Shown here in pieces: positions 16,174 to 26,149 of a stretch of 64,000 nucleotides of DNA. The stretch comes from Dehalococcoidia bacterium. GTDB taxonomy: Bacteria > Chloroflexota > Dehalococcoidia > GIF9 > AB-539-J10. The stretch covers positions 4,056 through 68,055 of the forward strand of contig JAUWQI010000003.1 of NCBI GenBank assembly GCA_030611085.1, given 5' to 3'. Position numbers and translations under genes: made by a program. Position 1 is the stretch's first letter; each line of letters starts with the position of its first letter. The notes below the pieces were generated by a model. That model was not told the DNA's origin and did no database searches. It worked only from the letters and a program-made list of their open reading frames with translations.

Positions 16174-16599
16174 TTACTTATTTGATACCACTGTTTTTAT
16201 AGATTATCACAGGGGTGATGCAGGGGCTAAGTCCCTTGTTGGATGTCTCATTGATAGCAAGATGTCTGCCTCTTATTGTGCCTTAACGTTGGCTGAATTG
16301 TGGATTGGGATATCTACGATCCCTAAGGAGGGACTTAGGCGCGAGGAGGAAATTAAGTATGAAGCCATCTTTACTTTAATGGAACCGGCGCCTATTTCGG
16401 ATGAAGATGCAAAGCTAGCGGGAATATTGCTTGGGAAATCTGTTGGAAAACTTGACGAAAAGGCACGAAAGGAGTTTCTTAAAGAATTTTTTTTGCAGAT
16501 GCAATTATTGGGGCTGTGGCTAGTCGGCGTGGAGAAATAGTCTGCACAAGGAATAAAGGGCATTTTGAGCAATTGGCAGTGCAAGCTCAAACTTACTAA
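16166..16599 (+). pseudogene. vapC: PIN-domain toxin VapC, frameshifted at a T8 run
   Basis: The N-terminus YLFDTTVFIDY is PIN-like. After the T8 run (16487-16494), the conserved C-terminal PIN segment ADAIIGAVASRRGEIVCTRNKGHFEQL continues in another frame to the TAA at 16597-16599. Confidence 0.7.
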
Positions 16600-16751
16600 A
16601 GGTTAATACATTTGCCTTTCTTCGCTTGGTGGGAGGTGGCATAGGGTGTGAAGCTCTTCGAGGCGAAGGCTAGCTCGGTGGCTATATCTGGAAAATCCTG
16701 CTTCCAAGTCGTCATAAAACATGCAAGTGATTTTGTTTTCCAAGGAAAGCG

Positions 16752-17201
16752 CTACAAATCCTCTTCGTTTATAATCCTGATTCCGTTTCTCTTCAATAAT
16801 GCAACTGTAACACCATCGCCGCTGATTAGTTTTCCTGAGAATGTGCCGTCGTATATTTGTCCACAACCACAGGATGGGCTTTTGGATTTCCCTATAAATT
16901 CTTTAATATGAAATAGTTTGGCAGTTCTCAAGGTTTCCTCTGCTCCCCTAATAAATTCCTGAGTAACATCTTCTCCGTTTCTATTTAGCACTTTGCATTT
17001 CCTATTAAGGACATCCTCGCCGCTGCCTCCCTGAATTTCCTGAGCTATTCTAGGAGTCTTTAATCCTCCTAGCTGTTCGGGACAAACAGGAATTAGAGTC
17101 TCAGAGCGTAAAAGTTCAATTGCTTTATTGCTCTTGTAATTATCTTTGCCGTCCCAGGCACACTTTATTCCCAATAGGCAGGCGCTTATAAGTTTCATCA
17201 A
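16752..17201 (-). CDS. DUF523 family protein (TudS-like)
   Basis: 149 aa. ISACLLGIKCAWDG and SPSCGCG motifs. Confidence 0.7.
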   Translation of the reverse strand: MMKLISACLLGIKCAWDGKDNYKSNKAIELLRSETLIPVCPEQLGGLKTPRIAQEIQGGSGEDVLNRKCKVLNRNGEDVTQEFIRGAEETLRTAKLFHIKEFIGKSKSPSCGCGQIYDGTFSGKLISGDGVTVALLKRNGIRIINEEDL

Positions 17202-17207
17202 GGCATT

Positions 17208-17438
17208 CTATCTCTTTGTTCTTGTTCCTGAATAGGTGAAAGAGCGTTGTTTCATTTTAATCCACTTTCCTTCATCAATCCCAATTAAATTGCCACAGTG
17301 ACATTTAATTTCATTTCCATCTCGAATGCTATAATCCTCGATTATTCGCTCTTTCCAGCAGTGTAATATTCGCCCCTTTCCCACCTTCAAGTATTTGAAG
17401 ACTTTAACCCTACACTTAGCGCACTTTATTATTATCAT
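17208..17438 (-). CDS. hypothetical zinc-ribbon-like protein
   Basis: 76 aa with the Cys/His pairs CAKC...HCW...CHCG. Confidence 0.45.
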   Translation of the reverse strand: MIIIKCAKCRVKVFKYLKVGKGRILHCWKERIIEDYSIRDGNEIKCHCGNLIGIDEGKWIKMKQRSFTYSGTRTKR

Positions 17439-17444
17439 TGCAAT

Positions 17445-17699
17445 TTATCTATCTTCATCTCTGATTGGACTATGTTCAGGCCTATGTTTCATTCTAGATT
17501 TCTTGAGACCGTTTAGAAAGTAGGTGGCTGGCTCTCTGGGTTGGCGTTTCTCAGTGGCTTTGATAAGCTTTTCTAAGACGCCAAGCGGGTAACAGTAAAT
17601 AAGCTTTCTAACCGAGCCAGCGCTAATACCAAACTTAAGCAAAGCAGTTTCGACTCTTTTAATTCTTATCCAGTACCTTTCTTTTTTCTCTGCCCTCAT
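17445..17699 (-). CDS. hypothetical basic protein
   Basis: 84 aa, 6 nt upstream of the zinc-ribbon ORF. No motif recognised. Confidence 0.4.
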   Translation of the reverse strand: MRAEKKERYWIRIKRVETALLKFGISAGSVRKLIYCYPLGVLEKLIKATEKRQPREPATYFLNGLKKSRMKHRPEHSPIRDEDR

Positions 17700-17753
17700 T
17701 GCTCTTATAAAGTTATCATAATCAGAGGTAATTAGTGTAATATTGGTTTTGGA

Positions 17754-18692
17754 GTGCGAATAGAGATAATCGGGGCAGAATCGTTGGGGGTTCGTGGTTT
17801 ATGCTGTGTGGTTGAAACTAAAGGTCGCAAAGTGGTTATCGACCCCGGAGTGGCACTGGGGTATAGGCGACATGGTTTGTTGCCCCATCCAGTTCAGGTT
17901 GCGGCTTCTGAGAGAGTTAAAGACGCCATCGAAAAAGCCTTAAAAGACGCAACCGATGTGGTGATTAGCCATTATCATGGTGAACATTACCCGATGGTCA
18001 ATGCCAATCCTTACCAGCTTTCGGTGGACAGGGTTGCTGAATCTTTGAGGCATCCCAGGTTATGGACGAAGGGGATGCAGAATCTTTCTCTTACTGAGGT
18101 TTGTCGGGCTAAGGCTTTAGCCCAGAGGCTCAATCGGGCTTTTCCAGCTTCGGAAGGGCTGTGCGATGGATGCCTGAGCTTTTCTCCACCGGTCCCTCAT
18201 GGTGAACGAGGCAGGGGTGGTACGGTGATGATGACTAGAATCGAGGAGGGGAACGAGGTTTTCGTGCACGCCTCGGATATTCAGATGCTTAATGATGAGG
18301 CAATCGAGCAAATACTTGAATGGCAGCCGACCGTGGTATTGGCATCGGGTCCGCCTATTTATTTACCAAGCTTGACTTCGGAAAGGCGAGAAGGCGCGCT
18401 GCGCAGGACTTTAGAATTAGCCAAGGAGGTGGATACGCTGATTCTAGACCATCAGCTGATGCGCTCCAAGGAAGGGGAGAAATGGCTGGATTGGGGTTCC
18501 TCTCTGCACGGGTCTAAAGACCCATGCCTACATCGCAGGGTTATCTGTGCTGCCGACTTCATGGGGCGAAAGCGTAATTTGCTTGAGGCAGAACGAGTTC
18601 TCTGGTACAAGAGAATGCCCGTGCCTAAAGGATGGCATGAAGCTTATACTCGCGGGGAGGTAGATACTAAGGCTTATCAAGGAGTCAGGTAG
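17754..18692 (+). CDS. hypothetical protein, possibly metallo-beta-lactamase-fold
   Basis: 312 aa with a GTG start. ISHYHGEHY resembles a variant HxHxDH motif. Weak call. Confidence 0.4.
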   Translation: MRIEIIGAESLGVRGLCCVVETKGRKVVIDPGVALGYRRHGLLPHPVQVAASERVKDAIEKALKDATDVVISHYHGEHYPMVNANPYQLSVDRVAESLRHPRLWTKGMQNLSLTEVCRAKALAQRLNRAFPASEGLCDGCLSFSPPVPHGERGRGGTVMMTRIEEGNEVFVHASDIQMLNDEAIEQILEWQPTVVLASGPPIYLPSLTSERREGALRRTLELAKEVDTLILDHQLMRSKEGEKWLDWGSSLHGSKDPCLHRRVICAADFMGRKRNLLEAERVLWYKRMPVPKGWHEAYTRGEVDTKAYQGVR

Positions 18693-18705
18693 TAGAAAGG
18701 CTGTT

Positions 18706-18803
18706 CAAAAAATGTAGTTGCCCAATTTATTGGGCGAGTTTGCCTAACTACCCGAGGCGACTATATAAAGGTGATTTTGCCTGATAAATCAGGCAACTAC
18801 AAG
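18706..18803. repeat. family C palindromic repeats
   Basis: Contains aatgtagttgcccaatttattgggcga and ttttgcctgataaatcaggcaactaca. Confidence 0.8.
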
Positions 18804-18805
18804 AA

Positions 18806-19789
18806 TCAGGAGAGCTTACGCTCCCGAATCACAAAGTCAAGATTGCGACTGCGCTGCACTATCTCCTCTAAAGTTGCTCGTTCAGGACCACCTCGGGTCT
18901 CAGTCTGAGTGGCATTAAACCCTGCCGCCGCAGTAGCCATGATAAGAGATTTTTGCAGGCTGGTATCCAGAATGTGATAGGCAGCAAAGGCACCCACAAA
19001 GACATCTCCGCAACCTACTGTGTTAATTACAGTTAAGCCTAAATCTTTGAGGGGTAAGGCAGAAATTTCGATTACCGTGCCGGTAGCTGGCTCAAGCAGG
19101 GTTGCTCCTTGAGCGCCGAGCTTGAGCACTGTGTGGTTGCTAAATCCCAGCTCTTGCAAATGTTGCAACCTCATAGCTACTTCTGCAGTTCCGAATAAGG
19201 CAGTTGCCTCTGCTTCATTGAAAAAGAGAATCTCTACTTGTCTGGCAAGTGATTGCAGCGCTTCCCATCCCTGGCTTACCAAAATTCCTGGGTCCCACAA
19301 CAGGGGGATTCTACGCCTTTTCGCCAGGGTTATTAGCTCTTCCGCTACATCTAAAGGAGGGTCGGTGAGGACTATGCCGTGGCACTCTTGCAATAGGAGG
19401 TTGACCGATGGCTTATTTAAGTGTTCGGGTTGTAGCTGGGCATTTGCCCCGAGACAACTAGCGATAACATTTTGCCCCTTTTGGTCAACCATGATATAAG
19501 CTTGCCCTGACTCCTCACCTGATATGTAGTTGATTCCTTCAGTGATGACTCCTTCAGCATCGAGGATGGCTATCTGTTGTCGGGCAATGTCATCCTCTCC
19601 TAGAGTGCCTATCAGGGCAACTTCTTTAGCCTCTAAAATCCGTGCTGCGGCTACCGCCACATTGCCCCCTGTCCCTCCAGAAACCCGTGTGATATGTTTT
19701 ACGGTGACTTCCTCCCCAGGCGTGGGTAAGTGATCTACGAAACAACTGATATCCCAGTTTATGGCGCCACATACTGCCAATTTGGTCAT
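18806..19789 (-). CDS. PfkB-family carbohydrate/nucleoside kinase (ribokinase-like)
   Basis: 327 aa. GGTGGNVAVAAAR near the N-terminus and GCGDVFVGAF near the C-terminus. Confidence 0.8.
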   Translation of the reverse strand: MTKLAVCGAINWDISCFVDHLPTPGEEVTVKHITRVSGGTGGNVAVAAARILEAKEVALIGTLGEDDIARQQIAILDAEGVITEGINYISGEESGQAYIMVDQKGQNVIASCLGANAQLQPEHLNKPSVNLLLQECHGIVLTDPPLDVAEELITLAKRRRIPLLWDPGILVSQGWEALQSLARQVEILFFNEAEATALFGTAEVAMRLQHLQELGFSNHTVLKLGAQGATLLEPATGTVIEISALPLKDLGLTVINTVGCGDVFVGAFAAYHILDTSLQKSLIMATAAAGFNATQTETRGGPERATLEEIVQRSRNLDFVIRERKLS

Positions 19790-19790
19790 C

Positions 19791-20852
19791 TTATTTCTCC
19801 AATTTGGATGTTGTTTTTGTCACCCTGAGCGATAGCGAAGGGTCTAGATTCTTTGCTTCGCTCGGAATGATAGGGCGAGCGAAGGGCCCAGAATGATGAG
19901 TAGTATTACTAGGCGTTCTCAATATGCGTGATAGGAAAAGCTTCAGGAAGCGAGCTCCATCTACACCGGCGGCTACATGGATTAACTGAGAGCTATCAGA
20001 AGGTGAAATGTGGGTAATTCCCCTATCCCAACCATCTCTGGTAACTATCTCTACTGGCACTGATATGAAATTAAATAGGGAAGTGTCTAGCAGCACTGCT
20101 AGAGCTAGAGGGTCGTGAAGTTCGCACCGTCCATGGCGTTTTATAACATATTCTGCCAGTTGCGCTGCCAAGCGCGCCGCAGGGGTATGGCCAGCTTTAA
20201 GTTGTTCTAGATGTTGATTATTCAAGCAAGTTGTGGGATTCGTGGACACATCTAGCCCTACAGCGTAGATGACTGCTCCAGAATTAAGCACTATATAGGC
20301 TGCCTCTGGGTCCTGCCAGATGTTAAACTCGGCGAGGGGGGTTTGGTTTCCTTTGCCATAAGGTGTGAGTCCGTAAGCCCCTCCCATGAAAACCAGTTTG
20401 GTTAGAAATTTAGGCAGTTCAGGATGAAGCTTAAAGGCGTGAGCTACATTGGTTAAAGGACCTGTTGCCACCAGTGTAATCTCACCGGGGGCGCCTGAAA
20501 CCAACTGAGCTATGAAATCCCAGGCTTTTGCTGGGTGTAGTGAAAGCATGGGAGAGGGTAAGCCACATTCTCCTAGCCCATCCGAGCCATGGTAGCTCAG
20601 GGCATTGACTAGAGGGTGTTCCAAGGGTTTTGCTGCGCCCATTGCAACTGGTATATTAGTCACACCCATGTATTCTAATACTCGGCGAGCATTGGCGCTG
20701 GTCATTTCCACCGAAGCATTGCCCGCCACAGTGCTGATACCCAGAATTTGAATCTCTGGCGAGTTTAAGGCAAGAAGCAAAGCTAAAGCATCATCAATGC
20801 CAGGGTCCATATCCAAAATGACTTGAGGATGTTTAGCAACCCGCTTTGTCAT
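19791..20852 (-). CDS. nucleoside hydrolase (IU-NH family)
   Basis: VILDMDPGIDDALALLLAL aspartate motif. Start chosen at M35 of the track ORF. Both termini of the track ORF run into family A repeats. Confidence 0.8.
   Translation of the reverse strand: MTKRVAKHPQVILDMDPGIDDALALLLALNSPEIQILGISTVAGNASVEMTSANARRVLEYMGVTNIPVAMGAAKPLEHPLVNALSYHGSDGLGECGLPSPMLSLHPAKAWDFIAQLVSGAPGEITLVATGPLTNVAHAFKLHPELPKFLTKLVFMGGAYGLTPYGKGNQTPLAEFNIWQDPEAAYIVLNSGAVIYAVGLDVSTNPTTCLNNQHLEQLKAGHTPAARLAAQLAEYVIKRHGRCELHDPLALAVLLDTSLFNFISVPVEIVTRDGWDRGITHISPSDSSQLIHVAAGVDGARFLKLFLSRILRTPSNTTHHSGPFARPIIPSEAKNLDPSLSLRVTKTTSKLEK
19817..19900. repeat. family A repeat inside the 3' end of the nucleoside hydrolase ORF
   Basis: Sequence is tgtcaccctgagcgatagcgaagggtctagattctttgcttcgctcggaatgata. 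Confidence 0.75.
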
Positions 20853-20910
20853 TCTGAGCCCTATGGGCGAAGAATCTCTCTTAGACTCTTCGCTTCGCGC
20901 AGAGTGACAC
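20847..20910. repeat. family A repeat, near-identical to 56342-56405
   Basis: Sequence is tttgtcattctgagccctatgggcgaagaatctctcttagactcttcgcttcgcgcagagtgaca. Confidence 0.8.
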
Positions 20911-21167
20911 TTATCCGTAGTTAATAAACAATCTCTGACTTTGCTCTTTTTCATTTAAGTTTTAGGAGATACACTATCATAAAATTCGGGAGGAGTATAA
21001 ATTGGTAAGCAAAAGTTGACAAATACTGCAAAAATATGTGGAAACCCAAGGATATTAAGAACGTGAACTCTAATGGTTTGGATAAATGTGTGACGTAAAG
21101 AATACTCCTCGGCGACAGCAAAAAATGCTTGAGGCTAATTAAGAACTTTGTTTAGACGGAGGCATGA

Positions 21168-22175
21168 ATGAAAACTCGTTATTTTATAGCAGTGCTAGTA
21201 GGTTTTTTAGTAGGGGTTGCAATTACTTCCATTGCAGCGGTTTTACAAGTAAACGGAATCATTAACCTTGTGAGTATAGATACCGAATGGTCAATTGGGA
21301 TTTATTCATCCTCTTCTTCAGCTCCTCTCAACTTTAGTGATGAAAATGTAACCAATCCAGTTCTGACAGCTAATGATGTATCTGATGTTCCGGCAAAATT
21401 TGTTGCCGATCCCTTTCTGTTTCATGATTAGGGCACTTGGTTTTTATTCTTCGAAGTGTTAAATGAAATCAACAACCAGGGTGATATAGGGTTAGCAGTA
21501 AGTAGTGATGGATTAAATTGGTCTTATCGTCAGATTATTCTCGATGAGCCTTTTCATTTGTCATACCCTTATGTATTTCAGTGGAAGGGCGACTACTATA
21601 TGGTGCCAGAAACTACCGGGGCACATTCTGTCAGATTATATAAGGCGGATGATTTTCCCTATAGTTGGTCATTTGTTAAAATTCTAATTAGCGGGGGACG
21701 ACTTGCTGATCCCTCAATATTCTATCATGGAAATATGGGGTACATTTTTGTCGAGACAGGCAATAATGATACTTTGCGCCTTTACTATTCGGAAGAACTG
21801 GGAGGTCCCTATGCCGAGCATCCTGAAAGTCCTATTATAGACAAAGATGCGAATATAGCTAGACCGGGAGGCAAGGTAACTACTTTCGATGGGAGAATTA
21901 TACGATTCACACAAGATGATGACCCTGCCTACGGGAACCAAGTGTGGGCATTCCAAATAACCAAACTTACTCCAGCCATGTACGAAGAGCAGATAGTTGG
22001 TAAAAGCCCTATCCTAAAAGGAGATGGCAGCGGTTGGAATGCAGACGGAATGCATCACATTGTTCCTTGCCAAGTTAACAATAATGGATGGATAGCAACT
22101 GTCGACGGTTATCATCAAGCAACAAATTTTGGGGGTAAAGTTTACTTGTTAGCGAAGAATATACTTGGTCTCTAA
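21168..22175 (+). pseudogene. membrane-anchored five-bladed-beta-propeller-like (GH43-like) protein interrupted by one in-frame TAG
   Basis: ORFs 21168-21431 and 21456-22175 are in the same frame, and 21432-21455 is open. The motif DPFLFHD*GTWFLFFE is split by the TAG at 21429-21431. Confidence 0.6.
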
Positions 22176-22266
22176 TGAGGAGCAACGAATTCAAAAAATT
22201 AGACACCACGGCTAGAGATGTTCAATAATGCACCCACAATCGTTTATTAGACAAGAGTATATCAAA

Positions 22267-22935
22267 ATGATTGTCACAGAAGTCATCGAGCTATTGGAGC
22301 GGGAATATGGTTCTTGGCAGTGGCAGCCAAACAGAGAGCCTATTGATGTGCTTATAGGGACAATCCTTTCTCAGAATACCTCGGATGTTAATTCAAAACG
22401 AGCTTTTGATTCGCTTCTATCTACTTTTGGTAGCTGGGAGAATGTGGTTGCTGCCCCTGTAGAGCAAATCGCTCAGGCTATTAAATCTGGTGGACTGTCT
22501 CGAATTAAGGCGGTGAGGATTAAGCAGATACTAACTAAGCTTGAAAAGGAGCAGGGTCGCATTAACCTTGATTGGCTCGGCGCGATGGATGTGACTGAAG
22601 CCAAGGATTATTTGATGCGGTTGCCCGGAGTGGGTCCAAAAACAGCTAGCTGTGTGCTCCTCTTTGGGTTGGGGAAGCCGTGCTTGCCGGTGGATACCCA
22701 TGTTTTTCGAGTGGCTAAAAGGTTGGGGCTGATTAGCTCCAAGGTTTCCATAGAGGAAGCGCATGATTTGCTGCAAGAGCAAATCCCAGCCGCAAAGGTA
22801 TATCAATTCCATCTCCACTTAATAGAGCATGGGAGGCGAGTATGTCATGCTCGGCAGCCTCACTGTGGTGAATGTGTATTAAGAGACGGATGCCCCAGTT
22901 CAGTTGTATCTTCCGAAACTCCGCAAATGTTATAA
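22267..22935 (+). CDS. endonuclease III-like HhH-GPD DNA glycosylase with 4Fe-4S loop
   Basis: Carries ILSQNTSD, LPGVGPKTASCVLLF, VDTHV and C..R.P.C..C.....C. Confidence 0.8.
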   Translation: MIVTEVIELLEREYGSWQWQPNREPIDVLIGTILSQNTSDVNSKRAFDSLLSTFGSWENVVAAPVEQIAQAIKSGGLSRIKAVRIKQILTKLEKEQGRINLDWLGAMDVTEAKDYLMRLPGVGPKTASCVLLFGLGKPCLPVDTHVFRVAKRLGLISSKVSIEEAHDLLQEQIPAAKVYQFHLHLIEHGRRVCHARQPHCGECVLRDGCPSSVVSSETPQML

Positions 22936-22942
22936 TGCTAGC

Positions 22943-23731
22943 ATGGCACAGATATTACGAAGTAAAAATCTGGCTACTAAGTTCCAGATATTGCTGGAAA
23001 TAGCGGCAAATCAGCCAAATATACAGCAGAAAGAGGTTGCCAAAAAGCTGGATATTACCTCTCAGGCAGTCTCTGAATATGTCAGGGAATTGATAAAGGA
23101 TGGCTGGCTTAGCTCCCAGGGTCGCTCTAGATACAGGGTGACTCGGGAAGGTGTAGATTGGATTTTAAGGATGGCAAGGCAGTTGCGGAGCTACACTTCA
23201 TTTGTGGGCAAGGTGCTAAGTGATATTTCAACTTCTACTGCTATAGCCGATGGTGATTTATCCATTGGCCAGCCAGCATCTTTGCATATGAAAAATGGCT
23301 TATTGTTTGCCTCCAGCGATACAAGTGGTGAGGGGGCTAGGGGGGTAGTTGTATCTGCAGCTAATAAAGGTGAAGATGTTGGTATCTCCAGTGTGGAAGG
23401 AGTGATAGATCTGAAAACAGGTAAAGTCACCATAGGCAAAGTGCCTAATGTGCAAGATGGAGGGTCTCGAAATATCAAACTTGCTCGATTGAAACAGGAA
23501 ATAAGCAAGGGAATGCTAGTGGGAGCGATTGGCATCGAGGCTATGGTAGCACTGAAGCAGGCAGGTATAAAGCCTGATTATAGTTATGGCGTTAAGCGAG
23601 CAGCCATAGAGGCAGCTTATTGTGGCTTGCCTATCCTGATAATTTGTGCCGAAGACGGTGTTGCAGGGCTAATGCAAAGCCTAGATGAAGAAAACTTGGA
23701 GTATAAAATCGTTGACCTAAGAAAAGAATAG
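22943..23731 (+). CDS. putative winged-helix transcriptional regulator with C-terminal uncharacterised domain
   Basis: The N-terminal QKEVAKKLDITSQAVSEYVRELIKDGWL looks wHTH-like. The remainder is unrecognised. Confidence 0.45.
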   Translation: MAQILRSKNLATKFQILLEIAANQPNIQQKEVAKKLDITSQAVSEYVRELIKDGWLSSQGRSRYRVTREGVDWILRMARQLRSYTSFVGKVLSDISTSTAIADGDLSIGQPASLHMKNGLLFASSDTSGEGARGVVVSAANKGEDVGISSVEGVIDLKTGKVTIGKVPNVQDGGSRNIKLARLKQEISKGMLVGAIGIEAMVALKQAGIKPDYSYGVKRAAIEAAYCGLPILIICAEDGVAGLMQSLDEENLEYKIVDLRKE

Positions 23732-23773
23732 TTCCCCCACCTGTCATTCTAAGCGAAGCGAAGAATCCAAAGT

Positions 23774-24313
23774 TCATTCCCCTCGCTGCATAAAGAGGAA
23801 GGTGAGTAAGGCAGCGATGCTTTTGGCATCACAAATCTCACCTGAGGCAATGAGCTGAGGTATCTGGCTTTGAGAGACTCGAACTAGCTCAATACTTTCA
23901 GTATCCTCAGCTACAAGGCGGCTGGGCACAAGGTCGGTAGCTAAATAGCAGTATAAGTATTCCGTGCCATAGCCGGGAATGGAGTAAAAGCCACCCAGGT
24001 TATCTATTTTGTGGGGCAAATAGCCAATTTCCTCCTGCAATTCACGGCGGACACAGTCAATAGGTTCTTCACCGGGTTCAATGCCGCCAGCAGGTATTTC
24101 TAGCAGGAACTTGCCTACAGCATAGCGAAACTGGCGAACCAAAAGCACATTATCTTGGTCATCAAGAACTACCACAGCGACACAATCGCTGTGCACCACA
24201 ACTTCCCTGGTAGTTTTTCTGCCGCTAGGCTTCTCCACAGTGTCTATATGTAAATTTACTCCCCGACCATGGTAAACCTGCTGGCTAGATAGCCTCTTTT
24301 CTGGTGTTAACAT
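23774..24313 (-). CDS. NUDIX hydrolase (ADP-ribose pyrophosphatase-like)
   Basis: Nudix box GGIEPGEEPIDCVRRELQEEIG. Start taken at M30; the upstream extension is repeat-derived (PKNLAQGKLRE). Confidence 0.8.
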   Translation of the reverse strand: MLTPEKRLSSQQVYHGRGVNLHIDTVEKPSGRKTTREVVVHSDCVAVVVLDDQDNVLLVRQFRYAVGKFLLEIPAGGIEPGEEPIDCVRRELQEEIGYLPHKIDNLGGFYSIPGYGTEYLYCYLATDLVPSRLVAEDTESIELVRVSQSQIPQLIASGEICDAKSIAALLTFLFMQRGE

Positions 24314-24360
24314 AGTCTTGCTCCTTAGTTGAAGTTGTTTCGCTACCTCCTCACGAAGTT

Positions 24361-24464
24361 TACCCTGAGCGAGATTCTTCGGTCGAGTTCCTTCGCTCAC
24401 GCTCAGGACTCTCTCAGAAAGACAAGGAGCGAAGGCCTCAGGGCTTCAGCTCACCGCAATGACA
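24361..24464. repeat. family A repeat cluster
   Basis: taccctgagcgagattcttcgg ... ccttcgctcacgctcagga ... gcgaaggcctcagggcttcagctcaccgcaatgaca. Confidence 0.75.
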
Positions 24465-24917
24465 TTAGAGGTGGCGAATAAGGGCCACTTCGTCACAGTC
24501 AGGAAATTTAGGGCAACGGTAGCATTCCGCCCATATCTTGCGTGGCAATTCCATTTTGTCAACCAGATGAAATCCGTGCTTCTCGAAGAAAGCTGGTTTA
24601 CGGGTGAGACAAAAAACGGTAGGTATGCCTAACTCCCTAGCTTCAGTGAGGCAAGCCTGAACAAGTAAAGAGCCGGTTCCTTGATTTTGGTTTCTCTCGT
24701 CAACAGCTAAGGACCTAATTTCAGCTAAATCAAGCCAGCTAATGCGCAAAGCAACGCAGCCGGTGACTTGGTTTTCATTTCTAACTACAAAGTAATCCCT
24801 AATATTCTCATATATCTCAGATAAGGCGCGAGGCAACATCTCACCCTGGTCGGCAAAGTGATTAATCAATGGGTGCATTGAGGTGGCATCGCCTACCTTT
24901 GCTTTATTGACTTTCAT
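24465..24917 (-). CDS. GNAT family N-acetyltransferase
   Basis: Acetyl-CoA motif RNQNQGTGSLLV. ATGA overlap with the nadK stop. Confidence 0.75.
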   Translation of the reverse strand: MKVNKAKVGDATSMHPLINHFADQGEMLPRALSEIYENIRDYFVVRNENQVTGCVALRISWLDLAEIRSLAVDERNQNQGTGSLLVQACLTEARELGIPTVFCLTRKPAFFEKHGFHLVDKMELPRKIWAECYRCPKFPDCDEVALIRHL

Positions 24918-25753
24918 GCTGCCTTCCCTCTCAGCTTCTGCCACAGTGAGCCATAGAAATAAGCTGGCTGATGAATTCTTAAGAAGCGAGCAGTATTAGG
25001 ACTGAGCTTTACCCTGACACTTTGCTCGTCAGATAGAGACAAATTAACCTGCCCATCAAGGCTAAGCACAGCTTTATCTTCACTAGCGACCCTTAAGTTA
25101 ACTACGCTTTGTGGGGATAATACTAGAGAGTGAGTTAAACCAAGGTGGCAGGATATTGGTTGGAGGATAAATTCTTTAGATTGGGGAGGAAGAATCGGCC
25201 CCCCGGCGGCTAAAGAATAGGCAGTGCTACCTGTAGCTGTGGCAATGATAATCCCATCAGCGCGATAAGTAGTTATTACTTCGCTATCTATTTCCACCTC
25301 TATATTAACTAAGTGGACAGTGGTGCTTCGCAACACCACATCGTTTAAGGCGGGAAGGGAGATTGCTTTGTTGTGCTCGCAATGACATGGCAAAAGCTGG
25401 GCTTCAAGCATAGCCCTCTCCTCAATCCAGCCACTACCATCAAGCAAATCAGGCAAGTTTGCTAATATCTCGTCACCACTTAATTCAGTGATGAATCCGA
25501 GCTTGCCAAAATTTATTCCTACAATGGGCACTGACAGGGGGGTTATAATCCGAGCAGTGTGGAGGATGGTGCCATCCCCGCCAAGGCTTAAGATTAAATC
25601 TGTGCCAGCTACTTGAGGTCTAGCTTTATCGTCATCCCAGGCGGAGCATCGCCAGGAGGAAACTTCTTGCGCCGCTAATAAGCCTTCCAGTTTATTAGCC
25701 AGGCTCTGAGTTTTTTCTATTTGGGGGTGATACAGAATGCCAACTCGCTTCAT
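24914..25753 (-). CDS. nadK: NAD kinase
   Basis: GGDGTILHTAR, NFGKLGF and ATATGSTAYSLAAGGPI motifs. Start taken at the ATG MKRVGILYHP. Confidence 0.85.
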   Translation of the reverse strand: MKRVGILYHPQIEKTQSLANKLEGLLAAQEVSSWRCSAWDDDKARPQVAGTDLILSLGGDGTILHTARIITPLSVPIVGINFGKLGFITELSGDEILANLPDLLDGSGWIEERAMLEAQLLPCHCEHNKAISLPALNDVVLRSTTVHLVNIEVEIDSEVITTYRADGIIIATATGSTAYSLAAGGPILPPQSKEFILQPISCHLGLTHSLVLSPQSVVNLRVASEDKAVLSLDGQVNLSLSDEQSVRVKLSPNTARFLRIHQPAYFYGSLWQKLRGKAA

Positions 25754-26149
25754 AGATAAAGGAAGTCTAGCATTGCAAGCTTCAAGCGTCAAAATCCCCA
25801 ATTAAGGTTGTTGGATGCTCTCTATTGAGGGAATCTACTGTGCCACCGTTGCTATAGCAAGCATCTCTCTCTTCCCTTCTATTGCTACAAACTTGCAGTA
25901 AGGCTATCCTATATAGTAGGCTAGATTATAGTAAGTAAATAGGGTTGCAGGCAAGTGTAGCTGAGTTTACCTGCAAAAGTAAAAATGCAAAATGACAGGG
26001 CAAAGGTAAAAGCATTTTTAAGTTTTGAATTTGTTTAGAGCTTAGAAATTAGGAATTAATTAGGGAGGGTGGAGTATCTCTGGAGAGCCTAAATTTGAAC
26101 AGGAAATCGAGATTGAGCTACCTCTCCACAAGGAAGGAGGAAAGCGAAG

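Noticed and set aside
21429-21431. The in-frame TAG as pyrrolysine.
   Set aside because: There are no pyl genes or methylamine methyltransferase context in the window, and the host looks bacterial and non-methylotrophic. A nonsense mutation or sequencing error is simpler.
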